Source of the DNA: a virus
Taxonomy: Duplodnaviria > Caudoviricetes
DNA length: 64,000 nucleotides
Virus record (IMG/VR): IMGVR_UViG_3300030333_002216
Location: 4,352 to 68,351 of that record
Strand: one strand, 5' to 3'
Part shown: piece after piece, positions 20,398 to 28,998 of the stretch
Layout of the letters: each line of letters opens with the position of its first letter
Position numbering within the stretch: position 1 is the stretch's first letter
Translations under genes and position numbers: made by a program
The notes under the pieces: model-generated
Database searches by the model: none
What the model was told of the DNA's origin: nothing
The model's input: only the letters and a program-made list of their open reading frames with translations

Positions 20398-22391
20398 TAG
20401 TTCACCAGCCCCTTCAATCTATTGTATCCCAACTTCAACTCCATTAGGGTTTTGAAATCCTTCTCCTTATCTGATGCAACATCTCCACCTACGGCTCTAG
20501 CAGTTGTTGGCCCCTTTCCGCCAAGAGGCCCACGCTTGTCCTTTCCTGTTATTGGCTTACCTTCGTAGTCTTGACTTGGGGTGAACATCTCGTATTTCCT
20601 AGCACTGACTAGTTTGGTTGGGGTGAATGACACTCGTAGTTGAATCATGCCTTTCTTCTTTTTACCAGCATCCAATACGGGGAATGCATCTCCACCACCA
20701 GAATGTCCTCCTCCTCCACCTACTGAGCCTATTGACCTATCAGATGGCTTTTCCTCACCTCGTCTATCAGCCGTTGCTGGAACTTTCTTAGTTCTCCAAT
20801 GTGGCTCCATCCCTTCTTCCTCCTCTTTCTCCGTGGGTTCATACCAGACTCTCTGTTCGACTTCCTTCCTATATTTCTCTGCTTTTGGTTTGTCTGTAGG
20901 GGTTCCTTGGATGTCTTGTTTTGCTCTGCGACTCTTTATGTCTGCGTTTATTGATTCTAGGGCATTCTCGACACCAGAGGCAAATTGACCCTCACGATGA
21001 TATCCGATTTTTTTACCCTCATCTCCCCTAGCCATGTCTTTTTCCAATGCATGTCTCCAAATGGCATTAGCCAAATCATCAACTAAATGATAGTCACTAC
21101 CATCTGGCTTATCATTGTCCTCCCAGATATCATACAGGTCTTCTGTTGTCAAGTCCTCAAGAACCCCATCTTTCATTGATTGAACTTTCTGCATGTGTTT
21201 GGACTCATCAATACTACTGAATGTGCCATCTCTATTGAAAATAGGGAAAGCATAGTTTAGTAGGTTCTCTATCTTCGTTACTTCTGGATTCGTTTCAGAA
21301 ACCTTCCCCTCTAATGCTCTAACCCAATTCTTCCAACTCTTATTGCTAATTGGTTCCGTCTTACCAAAACCAACCCTACCCTTGTCACCCTGTGATAGTT
21401 GGTCAACGTGTATCACCAACTTGCCAACATCCAACATCCTGTCGTCTGGTTCTACGACTGAATATAGGATATCTGACAATGGGGATTTCTTCTGTGATAG
21501 AATGGTATCCTCTATGTGCTTTTCCAGTTTCTCAAGGTCAGTTGCATTTCGATATACGTCCCATGCTTCATCAATGTTATCAACTGTTCTAGTCTTGTCG
21601 AATCCCTCAATGCGATATCTACCATCATTGGTATTGCTAATGCTGAATATCTCTACGGTCTTCTCTATCTCGCTGGATTTCCTCGGACTAGCCACCACTA
21701 ACTCTGAATCATCCAACTTGCCAAAGCCTTCTGCTTCAGAGATTTCAGAGAGATATTTCTCTGTATCGAACTTAATTTCATGACCGTCTACTTTGATATG
21801 GCTTCTTATCTCCTCGTATAGTATTGGTCTTGATTCTAGGAATGCTCCCATTAATCCAGCAGATTTTCCCTCTTCTTTAGCACCATGAGGAAGACCGGGT
21901 TTGAAGCCCTGCTCTGTGGTCTTAGCATCGAACATTCTCTGTGTTTTGTTGTTATCCAACAAGTCATTCATAGTGAAGTCCATCTCTTTCATCTTGGATA
22001 GAATGTTTCTAGGAATCACCGATGCAGACAGTAAGTCCTCTTGTTCCAATGCCGCTATGACTTGTGGTATCGTAGTAGAACCAATGGTCTGAAAGAATGC
22101 TCTCTTGTATTCTCTGAACTCCGCTTCATCGAATTCATACTCCGTTTCTGCATATTCCTCATTGAACTCCTGTTGAGTTAAATCCAACAAGTCTCCCAAT
22201 CTACCTTGGATTAGTTCCAAGGCGTGTCTTGCCTTCGCCTTATGTGTCCTTTCTACCCAAGAGAAGGGATATGCTAACATCCATCGAAAGAGTTTGTTCT
22301 CCATCAGTTCTTGGAAATTGGCGTTTCTATCTCCCTCTAAAGTGAAGTCGTAATCATCGACTGAGTATTCTCTAGGTAGAAATATCGCCAT
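20397..22391 (-). CDS. Hypothetical protein, 664 aa, charged
   Basis: Long ORF coupled into the operon; no recognised motif. Confidence 0.7.
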   Translation of the reverse strand: MAIFLPREYSVDDYDFTLEGDRNANFQELMENKLFRWMLAYPFSWVERTHKAKARHALELIQGRLGDLLDLTQQEFNEEYAETEYEFDEAEFREYKRAFFQTIGSTTIPQVIAALEQEDLLSASVIPRNILSKMKEMDFTMNDLLDNNKTQRMFDAKTTEQGFKPGLPHGAKEEGKSAGLMGAFLESRPILYEEIRSHIKVDGHEIKFDTEKYLSEISEAEGFGKLDDSELVVASPRKSSEIEKTVEIFSISNTNDGRYRIEGFDKTRTVDNIDEAWDVYRNATDLEKLEKHIEDTILSQKKSPLSDILYSVVEPDDRMLDVGKLVIHVDQLSQGDKGRVGFGKTEPISNKSWKNWVRALEGKVSETNPEVTKIENLLNYAFPIFNRDGTFSSIDESKHMQKVQSMKDGVLEDLTTEDLYDIWEDNDKPDGSDYHLVDDLANAIWRHALEKDMARGDEGKKIGYHREGQFASGVENALESINADIKSRRAKQDIQGTPTDKPKAEKYRKEVEQRVWYEPTEKEEEEGMEPHWRTKKVPATADRRGEEKPSDRSIGSVGGGGGHSGGGDAFPVLDAGKKKKGMIQLRVSFTPTKLVSARKYEMFTPSQDYEGKPITGKDKRGPLGGKGPTTARAVGGDVASDKEKDFKTLMELKLGYNRLKGLVN

Positions 22392-22400
22392 TCAATTCAC

Positions 22401-23111
22401 CTATGCAAGCCACTTAGCCCAAGCAATGCCCTTACTTACGGCATTAGCAAGACCAAGACCACTTGCAGGTGGTGTATAGGACATCTGCCCTGTGTTAGGG
22501 TCAATCCAGTATGGGTTATTCATATTGTCATAGCCAGCAGGTGGGACTGGATATCCAGATTGGTTGTTGAACGCCATTTGTTGTTGCATCATGGCATTGT
22601 TCATTTGGACAGAAGCGTTGCCACCTTGTATCTGTGATGGGTCAACCCCACCCGGATTTATCTGTCCCATTCCTCCCATGTTGTTTGCTGGCATTTGTTC
22701 CCCTGCTGGCATAGCGAATCCTTGTGATTCTAGATACTGTGCTTTTGCCATTCTCCTTTGCATTATTACCTCTGAGTTTATTGCCGAGGCAAGGAGTGCT
22801 TGGAGGTCTAAGTTGATGTTAGCCTCAGTGATGTTTCCAAAGGCAGTTGTAGAATCAGAATGCATGTTCAGAATCCCAGCACTGTCTGTTTGGAATTTCA
22901 ATTGTGGTAGCATTTGTCCTAGAACCTTCTCCACGGTATCCTCAATCAATTGAGCCAATGCCGCTAGGAATGCTTCGCCGTGATACTGGAAGAAATCCTC
23001 AACGTGATTCTCTTGAAGAGTCAACAGGTTGTTCATTGTTTTGAACTGAGCCTGTTGATTGCTCTGCATCGTATTCATCAAATTTGCATTACTTGTCCCG
23101 AATAATCCCAT
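22401..23111 (-). CDS. Q/M/N/G-rich low-complexity protein with C-terminal amphipathic helix
   Basis: 236 aa; starts MGLFG; GYPVPPAGYD and WIDPNTGQ motifs; ends GLANAVSKGIAWAKWLA. Confidence 0.7.
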   Translation of the reverse strand: MGLFGTSNANLMNTMQSNQQAQFKTMNNLLTLQENHVEDFFQYHGEAFLAALAQLIEDTVEKVLGQMLPQLKFQTDSAGILNMHSDSTTAFGNITEANINLDLQALLASAINSEVIMQRRMAKAQYLESQGFAMPAGEQMPANNMGGMGQINPGGVDPSQIQGGNASVQMNNAMMQQQMAFNNQSGYPVPPAGYDNMNNPYWIDPNTGQMSYTPPASGLGLANAVSKGIAWAKWLA

Positions 23112-23785
23112 TACTGCTCACTCTCCTCCGGTGCTACCTTAGCCCCCTCAGTCAATAATGTTTTCACCCTTTCGTTGATTGTGCTGGATTCTATGACAAG
23201 TCGGAACAATTCTTCTTCTCTGCTCTCTGTTTCAGAGACAGGTGGTTTTATTGTCCACCCCAACGACCCCAATGAGGCAATGTCTGTTGCCTTGAGACTA
23301 GTCAAAGGCCCACTTGACAATGGATTGAGGGTTTGCATTGTTGGAGCCTTTGGAATGTATGCGCTAAAGGAAAGACCGTGTTCATCTGCTAGAATCTGTT
23401 GCTCTAGCATCTCATACTGTCTATGAATGCCAGCGTGTTTCTCACAGTAGGTTCCTCTCATAGGATATCCCTTGCGCACCTTGTGTAGGGGTAGTGGTGG
23501 CCTCAGATTATCACTTGCTTCCCAAACCTTGTGGGTTCCACAAACTACACATCTATCCTTGATGTTATACTTGAACTTGTATGGTATCTTCAGGAACGTC
23601 TTAGTCTCTGGTTTGAGAATCTTGATTATCTCCTTCAGTTGCTTCTTTGGCTTTGTGTGTTTATACTCATATTGAGTTACTGCACCTGCCGCTCTCGCCG
23701 CAGATTGTCTATCCATAAATGCATTATTAGTTACGTTTGTAGAATTAGCACCGATGAGGCTAGGTGGCTGAAACTGCATACTCAT
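23111..23785 (-). CDS. Zinc-finger-like protein
   Basis: 224 aa; CVVCG...YCEKH metal-binding pattern. Confidence 0.65.
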   Translation of the reverse strand: MSMQFQPPSLIGANSTNVTNNAFMDRQSAARAAGAVTQYEYKHTKPKKQLKEIIKILKPETKTFLKIPYKFKYNIKDRCVVCGTHKVWEASDNLRPPLPLHKVRKGYPMRGTYCEKHAGIHRQYEMLEQQILADEHGLSFSAYIPKAPTMQTLNPLSSGPLTSLKATDIASLGSLGWTIKPPVSETESREEELFRLVIESSTINERVKTLLTEGAKVAPEESEQ

Positions 23786-23797
23786 GAGACTTCACCT

Positions 23798-24469
23798 CTA
23801 GTAGTCCTTTATCATTGTTAGGACTCCTCTGTATACCATCTCTGAGTCAGATTTAGCACTTACTATGTATTTATGACATGGTATTCCCTTGTCATTCAAC
23901 TTCTGCATTCCTGTTCTGAATGCCTCAAATATGGGGTGGTTTTCTATAGGCCCATCATAGTCATACCTGTCTTTCCATAAGTCGTATTTGTTAGCCCAAA
24001 TGGAAACTGCAATAGGGTAGTCTATCTCTCGCTTTTTCTTCTTTCTCTTCCTGTTATGCCAGTATGGGTCGCATATGCTATCCACCAAGAATGTCCAGCA
24101 CAGTTGTTGCTCTATGTCATAGTGCTTATTCATGTGCCTATCATCTATCATGAAGATGATGTATTTCGGTCTTCTATTACGCATGTCCTCTATCCATTCA
24201 TGCCAATAGACAGTCTGTCCTCCTAAATCAGCAGTCTTCACGGTATGTGCATCACCGTCTAGTTTGACGTATTTCCTAGTAGCACGTTGCAGTCCTTCTG
24301 TCCTATGGCGTATATCAGGAACTTCTCCTCTTGTCCTGAGTTGGTGATTTAATGTCGTCTTCCCTGCTCTACTAGCACCATAGATGCCGAAGTTAATTGC
24401 GTGAACTCTTTGGTATATTTTGTTTAGTCCTTCGACTATCAGTATGGCAAACCCTGCCATTACTGACAT
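23798..24469 (-). CDS. Small GTPase of the Ras superfamily, Arf-like
   Basis: G1 GASRAGKTT, G2 RTEG, G3 DLGGQ, IIFMIDD strand, G4 NKYD, G5 SAK; N-terminal hydrophobic/amphipathic extension. Confidence 0.9.
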   Translation of the reverse strand: MSVMAGFAILIVEGLNKIYQRVHAINFGIYGASRAGKTTLNHQLRTRGEVPDIRHRTEGLQRATRKYVKLDGDAHTVKTADLGGQTVYWHEWIEDMRNRRPKYIIFMIDDRHMNKHYDIEQQLCWTFLVDSICDPYWHNRKRKKKKREIDYPIAVSIWANKYDLWKDRYDYDGPIENHPIFEAFRTGMQKLNDKGIPCHKYIVSAKSDSEMVYRGVLTMIKDY

Positions 24470-24473
24470 TCAA

Positions 24474-24698
24474 TCACCACAGATGATTCCAGAAATCCAC
24501 TAAACTGTTCCAAGCGATTGACAGGGTATTGACACCTGCAATTGCCATTGCTTGACCTAAGACAAAACTGCAAGCACAGGCCACTGCACCCCAAAACCAG
24601 AATCTAGCCCTGAGAAACCAGATGTCAGCAGAATGCGCTCTTTGTAGGTCATAGGCGAGAGTCGATTCATCCATTCCGAATAAAATTTCGCTGACCAT
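24474..24698 (-). CDS. Small membrane protein
   Basis: 74 aa; hydrophobic FWFWGAVACACSFVLGQAMAIAG segment; Trp-rich C-terminus. Confidence 0.7.
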   Translation of the reverse strand: MVSEILFGMDESTLAYDLQRAHSADIWFLRARFWFWGAVACACSFVLGQAMAIAGVNTLSIAWNSLVDFWNHLW

Positions 24699-24710
24699 TC
24701 ATATGCCTCA

Positions 24711-25148
24711 CTACTGCTCAGTCTCCAATGTTAGGAAAGAGCCTACTCCTTCCTTTGTTGGGTTTAGGTTAGGTAGGTTACTATCCCCATATATGTTAGT
24801 TGGGGAAGCGACAGTTGTGTTCCAATTCTGCTGGAATTGCCTGAAGGATTCTCTGACTCTCTTGCGGTTCTCCTCTTCCCTAGCCTTTCTAGCCCAATAA
24901 GCATCTATTCTTCGCTGTAGTAGGTATTCCTCAATCCAGTCATTAACGACCATATCGAACAATGCCTTCATTATCATTATCCCACCAATGGTGCTAATCC
25001 CGAAGAGCAATGAATGCTCAACCGCACCGTAAGGGAACGTTATTCCATATTGGGAATAAAAGTAGATGTTTATTCCACTGACTGCTCCTACGAACAGTAT
25101 TGTCATCACTAGTCTTGTGTCTGTATCTATACTTGGCATATTAATCAC
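24711..25148 (-). CDS. Two-TM membrane protein with charged coiled-coil tail
   Basis: 145 aa; two hydrophobic helices then RRIDAYWARKAREEENRKRVRESF. Confidence 0.75.
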   Translation of the reverse strand: MINMPSIDTDTRLVMTILFVGAVSGINIYFYSQYGITFPYGAVEHSLLFGISTIGGIMIMKALFDMVVNDWIEEYLLQRRIDAYWARKAREEENRKRVRESFRQFQQNWNTTVASPTNIYGDSNLPNLNPTKEGVGSFLTLETEQ

Positions 25149-25453
25149 GCATATTCTATTGAGTAAGCACCTGTTCCAGTGATATCAACAAAGATACCAT
25201 TTTGGCATACTACCCCATGCATGTCGTATTCCAATGAGTTCCCTCTGGTTGCACCAGTGGAGTGTATTTGCATTCGTGCTACTTCTACTTCACCTGCTGA
25301 ACTTGGGTCGTTATCTGCACTATCGTAGACCTTTACGGTGAATGTTCCATCTGTGACTGTAGATGCTCTAATTGAGATTAGTTTACACCTACCCTTGGTA
25401 ATAATTGCGTCAGCAGTTCTGACACCACTACTGAAGCATGTGCCACTACTCAT
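25145..25453 (-). CDS. Small beta-sandwich virion protein
   Basis: 102 aa; VKVYDS...GVVCQNGIFVDITG pattern seen in small phage structural proteins. Confidence 0.6.
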   Translation of the reverse strand: MSSGTCFSSGVRTADAIITKGRCKLISIRASTVTDGTFTVKVYDSADNDPSSAGEVEVARMQIHSTGATRGNSLEYDMHGVVCQNGIFVDITGTGAYSIEYA

Positions 25454-25936
25454 CTAAAGTCCACCCCTTCCTTCTGTTAATCTCTCGATGAGGTCTGCTT
25501 TTTTACCTTCTGTGGAAAGTTTCCTCTCTTCTAGGTGTTCCTTCAAGACCTTAACAGTGAGTTTGTTTAGGTCAGGAGGAAGAGGAGTTCCCTCTTTCTC
25601 TTCTTTCTTTGGTTCTTCCTTTACTTCTTCTTTGACTTCTGGAACCTTGGTTCTACCCATTATCTTCTCTTTTCTAGAACGAGGATATAGAGAATCCATA
25701 ACTCCCTTCGCATCAGGCCCACGCAATTTGAGGTGCTTGGCTAGGTGCTTCACCTTCTTAGGTGAGGTTTCCATTAGTCTTTGTATGGTTGCCTTATCAT
25801 CAGCAGTGAACTCTACCTTGACGTTTCTATCGCCGTATAGAGTGATTGCATCCCTAGTTGAAACTTTAGTTCCGTTACTGTCAAATCTATAGTTCTTCCA
25901 AGTCATCTTGCCAATCTTGCTTCTAACTACTGCCAT
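25454..25936 (-). CDS. Protein with C-terminal SAP/HeH nucleic-acid-binding domain
   Basis: LNKLTVKVLKEHLEERKLSTEGKKADLIERL fits the SAP consensus. Confidence 0.8.
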   Translation of the reverse strand: MAVVRSKIGKMTWKNYRFDSNGTKVSTRDAITLYGDRNVKVEFTADDKATIQRLMETSPKKVKHLAKHLKLRGPDAKGVMDSLYPRSRKEKIMGRTKVPEVKEEVKEEPKKEEKEGTPLPPDLNKLTVKVLKEHLEERKLSTEGKKADLIERLTEGRGGL

Positions 25937-25957
25937 AATTTCACCAATTATATTGGG

Positions 25958-25999
25958 GTAGTAACCCCTGTCCTGATGCTCTAGGACAGAGGCTACTAC
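25958..25999 (-). other. 17-bp RNA hairpin after the capsid/decoration genes (stabiliser or terminator)
   Basis: GTAGTAGCCTCTGTCCT-loop-AGGACAGGGGTTACTAC on the minus strand; both mismatches are G-U pairs only on this strand. Confidence 0.65.
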
Positions 26000-26011
26000 T
26001 TTATGTTTTAC

Positions 26012-26368
26012 TCAAATTAGCCCGTAGACTCTGACACGAACCATGCCTACATCATCATTCGCAGATGCGGCGGCATTTGTTCCATCGAAGTCCGTTGCAA
26101 CTATCTGAAAGGTCGAACTGCTCGCTAGGTCACCAGACGTATCTAGTTCGACTGTTGCGAGAAACCCGGAGGCTCCAACACCCTTCTCTTGTCCAGTAAT
26201 CATTACTGCGTTGACGGAAGACAGTCCTAGTGAACTAGCACTGATTACCTCTCCATTAGCAGTGTATGCTGTGATGTTAATCTTCGCATCAACATAATAC
26301 TCATCACCAGACACATGTGGGGCAGTGTAGCCCTTATGGTCAGCAAGGATGGTAACTGTGTGTGTCAC
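26012..26368 (-). CDS. Putative capsid decoration/cement protein
   Basis: 118 aa beta-rich protein right after the MCP; AYTANGEVISASSLGL...VRVRVYG. Confidence 0.6.
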   Translation of the reverse strand: MTHTVTILADHKGYTAPHVSGDEYYVDAKINITAYTANGEVISASSLGLSSVNAVMITGQEKGVGASGFLATVELDTSGDLASSSTFQIVATDFDGTNAAASANDDVGMVRVRVYGLI

Positions 26369-26380
26369 TCAATCACCCGC

Positions 26381-27751
26381 CTATGCACTCGTTAGGTTCG
26401 TTATCTTTCCTTGGCCCTTGAAGAAGGAGCAACCAGTCTCGCCCATTGTGCGATACATTCCCTGATTCCCTAGAGAACCAACGCCGAATGGGTCACCATT
26501 GGTAATACCGTTCTCAAAGTATTGAGTAGGCTTCATGACCGATAGCCACAGATGGTCTGTGTCTAGTAGCATGATGTCACTCAACTTGTTAGCCGTTGCG
26601 TTACCAGTCTGTTCCATGTCCTTTGCTGGGATAATTGGGATGTCGTAGTAAGTGGCGACCCTAAAGCCAACCTCTGCACCCTTCACTCCTCTTACACCGT
26701 TGTGCGTTGGGACAATCTCTTTCCTGTCCATGAACCTCTCTTGGCTCTGTAGCAGGTCTGAGATGTGCTGGATAGTATCGTATCCAGTTATCATAACCTT
26801 GGGGTTTCCACCGTTCTGCCTGATTCTCCTAATCATGTCGTTTAGAAGAGTCAGTGTTAGAACTCTTGCGTCACCAGCCGCGTATCCTGCACCGAAGTCA
26901 ACCTCAGCCGAAAGGAAGTTATCCGTTCCGGTGTAGTCCTCTCCGCTTCTGGTAACAGTCCTGTCATCTCCGAAAATCCTAACCAGTTGTGTTGGTAGGT
27001 CAGATGGCCCTGAACCTGCGGCAACCATATCTGCGTCACCCATTGCGGCTAGTTCACCAGCAGACGACACTATCTTGTATAGTGACGTATAGTTGTTCTC
27101 GATGTCAGCATAAGATGCGTGGTCGTAATGCTCAAGTGGCATTAGTAGCATCTTGTTCTGAACCTCTGCGTGGTGCTTACCCATGTCCTCTCTAACGATT
27201 GAGCGGATGTCTCCTACTCCATCGTCAATTGCGGCCATCTCCATTCCGAGTTCTGAGAACTCAAACAGATGTGCAACAGTCTTTGGACTGACGTATAGTT
27301 TGGTGTATTCTGGCGACAATGCTCTGAAAGAAGCATCTCCACCAAGTTCAGCGTTCTCTGCAACACCACCAATCATGTCGGCGGCTATTCCAGATAGGTC
27401 AGCCGTGTTTGCACCGGGGTCAGTTGTTCCAATACCGAATGCAGAACCACTACCACCAGCAGGTCGGCTCTTTAGAACTCTCCAACCACTGGAAGTGTAT
27501 GGCCTCTTGGAAATCATTGACAGTGCATTGACTTCCTGATTTAGCATCGACCAGACTTTCTGTCCGTATAGCAAGTTGTAAAGGTCACCTAGACCACTTG
27601 CCGCACTGAAGGCATTCGATGACGCATCGTGTGGCGTTCCGAATCCTCCAACTACTCCACTGCTCTTTAGCAGGGCGTTCCCTGTTCCTCCGACCATGCC
27701 GTAGGTTGCGGCTTCTAGGTCTGCCATTGTTCTAATATGTCCTGTTGTCAT
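26381..27751 (-). CDS. Major capsid protein (HK97 fold)
   Basis: 456 aa downstream of the protease; LTLTLLNDMIRRIRQNGGNPKVMITG, YYDIPII, LDTDHL, FKGQGKITNL elements; GGTGA RBS. Confidence 0.9.
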   Translation of the reverse strand: MTTGHIRTMADLEAATYGMVGGTGNALLKSSGVVGGFGTPHDASSNAFSAASGLGDLYNLLYGQKVWSMLNQEVNALSMISKRPYTSSGWRVLKSRPAGGSGSAFGIGTTDPGANTADLSGIAADMIGGVAENAELGGDASFRALSPEYTKLYVSPKTVAHLFEFSELGMEMAAIDDGVGDIRSIVREDMGKHHAEVQNKMLLMPLEHYDHASYADIENNYTSLYKIVSSAGELAAMGDADMVAAGSGPSDLPTQLVRIFGDDRTVTRSGEDYTGTDNFLSAEVDFGAGYAAGDARVLTLTLLNDMIRRIRQNGGNPKVMITGYDTIQHISDLLQSQERFMDRKEIVPTHNGVRGVKGAEVGFRVATYYDIPIIPAKDMEQTGNATANKLSDIMLLDTDHLWLSVMKPTQYFENGITNGDPFGVGSLGNQGMYRTMGETGCSFFKGQGKITNLTSA

Positions 27752-27762
27752 ACTTCATCACC

Positions 27763-28977
27763 TCACTGATACCTCTCCACAATACTGTGAATGTCACTCC
27801 AAGACATCTCGGATGCATCGGACGTATTGGTTGGAAGTCCCTCTGGAACCTCAAATGCAACTTCCTGTGCTTTCCTGATATCTTCGCGTTCTGCCGAAAG
27901 GGACTTGCGTAGTTCTGCGAACTCTTCCTTAAGTGCCGCTACGTCTGTGCGAGCATCATACTCTGCTCTCTCAGCCTCCGACTTCTTTACAGACAGTTCT
28001 GCATCTAGACGCGCACTGAACTCCTTGTTAAGGGAATCGTATGCCATTGCCTCTAACTTCTCGGCCTTGAATGCTTCATATGCCTTCTCGACATTCTCCG
28101 CACTTAGGTCAAGAGTAGAGAAATCAGCATTCTCTAATCCCTTAGAAACCTTCAGAGGTGCAGGGGTTGCAGTTGGGTTTCCGCCACTAACAACTTCCTC
28201 GCCAGCCTCATAGTCTCTTGTTGAGTCCTCATCAAGAGCCTTTTCCTCACTGTCGTCTGAAAGTTCTAGGTCGTCTTCGCCGCCTGTTTCTCCCAAATCC
28301 TCTTCGGGTTCGGTGTCCATATACTCGTCACCTTTCTCCATTATTTCTTCGCTTTCTTCTTCCTTTTGGAGCGAATTGACCTGCTTCATCAGGCTATTCA
28401 ACTCCTCAAGGGCTTTTTCCAGTTTTCCACTCATTTTCTTTTCCTCCATTTTTAAAATGTCGAATTTTGCTTCCGGGTTTATTCCTTTTTCACAGACAGT
28501 AACTTCATGCAACTCAAGTTTTTCTATCTCGTTGTATTCCCCAAACTCCTCAGATTTTCTCTGTTTCTTTGATATCGCCTGTCCACCTATGCTGAAAGAC
28601 CGTAATGTTCCTTTCCTAATACCTCTTGAGATTTCCTTAGCCTTCTCGATGTCATCGCGCATCTTGATTACTACATAGAACCCAACATCGTCTACAGCAG
28701 TTTTGTGTAGGACACCGTTGGAATCTCGGTATTTTTCTATTACCTCCCCGACTTGAACATTTGAATGATTTGACATTACATTTCTGTATTTTTCTTTCGT
28801 CATATATTTCTTGACTGCTTCTTCCAATGCTTCTAGTGTTATTAGGTCGTTTTGCTTGTCTACAATTTCTATAGATGCATACCCTCCAATTACTAAATTA
28901 TCTGATTTCAGAATGCTAAACTCAGCATTGTTTTCTGCCTTCAATAATACTCCTGTTGTTGCTAACACTCCAATCAC
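27763..28977 (-). CDS. Prohead protease (HK97 family) fused to an acidic scaffold region
   Basis: IGGYASIEIVDKQND, NHSN, RSFSIGG, LHEVTVCEKGINPEA catalytic motifs; acidic coiled-coil C-half; the true start may be GTG at 28968 after GGTGA. Confidence 0.9.
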   Translation of the reverse strand: MIGVLATTGVLLKAENNAEFSILKSDNLVIGGYASIEIVDKQNDLITLEALEEAVKKYMTKEKYRNVMSNHSNVQVGEVIEKYRDSNGVLHKTAVDDVGFYVVIKMRDDIEKAKEISRGIRKGTLRSFSIGGQAISKKQRKSEEFGEYNEIEKLELHEVTVCEKGINPEAKFDILKMEEKKMSGKLEKALEELNSLMKQVNSLQKEEESEEIMEKGDEYMDTEPEEDLGETGGEDDLELSDDSEEKALDEDSTRDYEAGEEVVSGGNPTATPAPLKVSKGLENADFSTLDLSAENVEKAYEAFKAEKLEAMAYDSLNKEFSARLDAELSVKKSEAERAEYDARTDVAALKEEFAELRKSLSAEREDIRKAQEVAFEVPEGLPTNTSDASEMSWSDIHSIVERYQ

Positions 28978-28998
28978 CTTTTTTTCTTACTATTTAAT

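Noticed and set aside
23097-23111. MGLFG start as an N-myristoylation signal
   Set aside because: Archaea are not known to have N-myristoyltransferase and none is encoded here; likely coincidence
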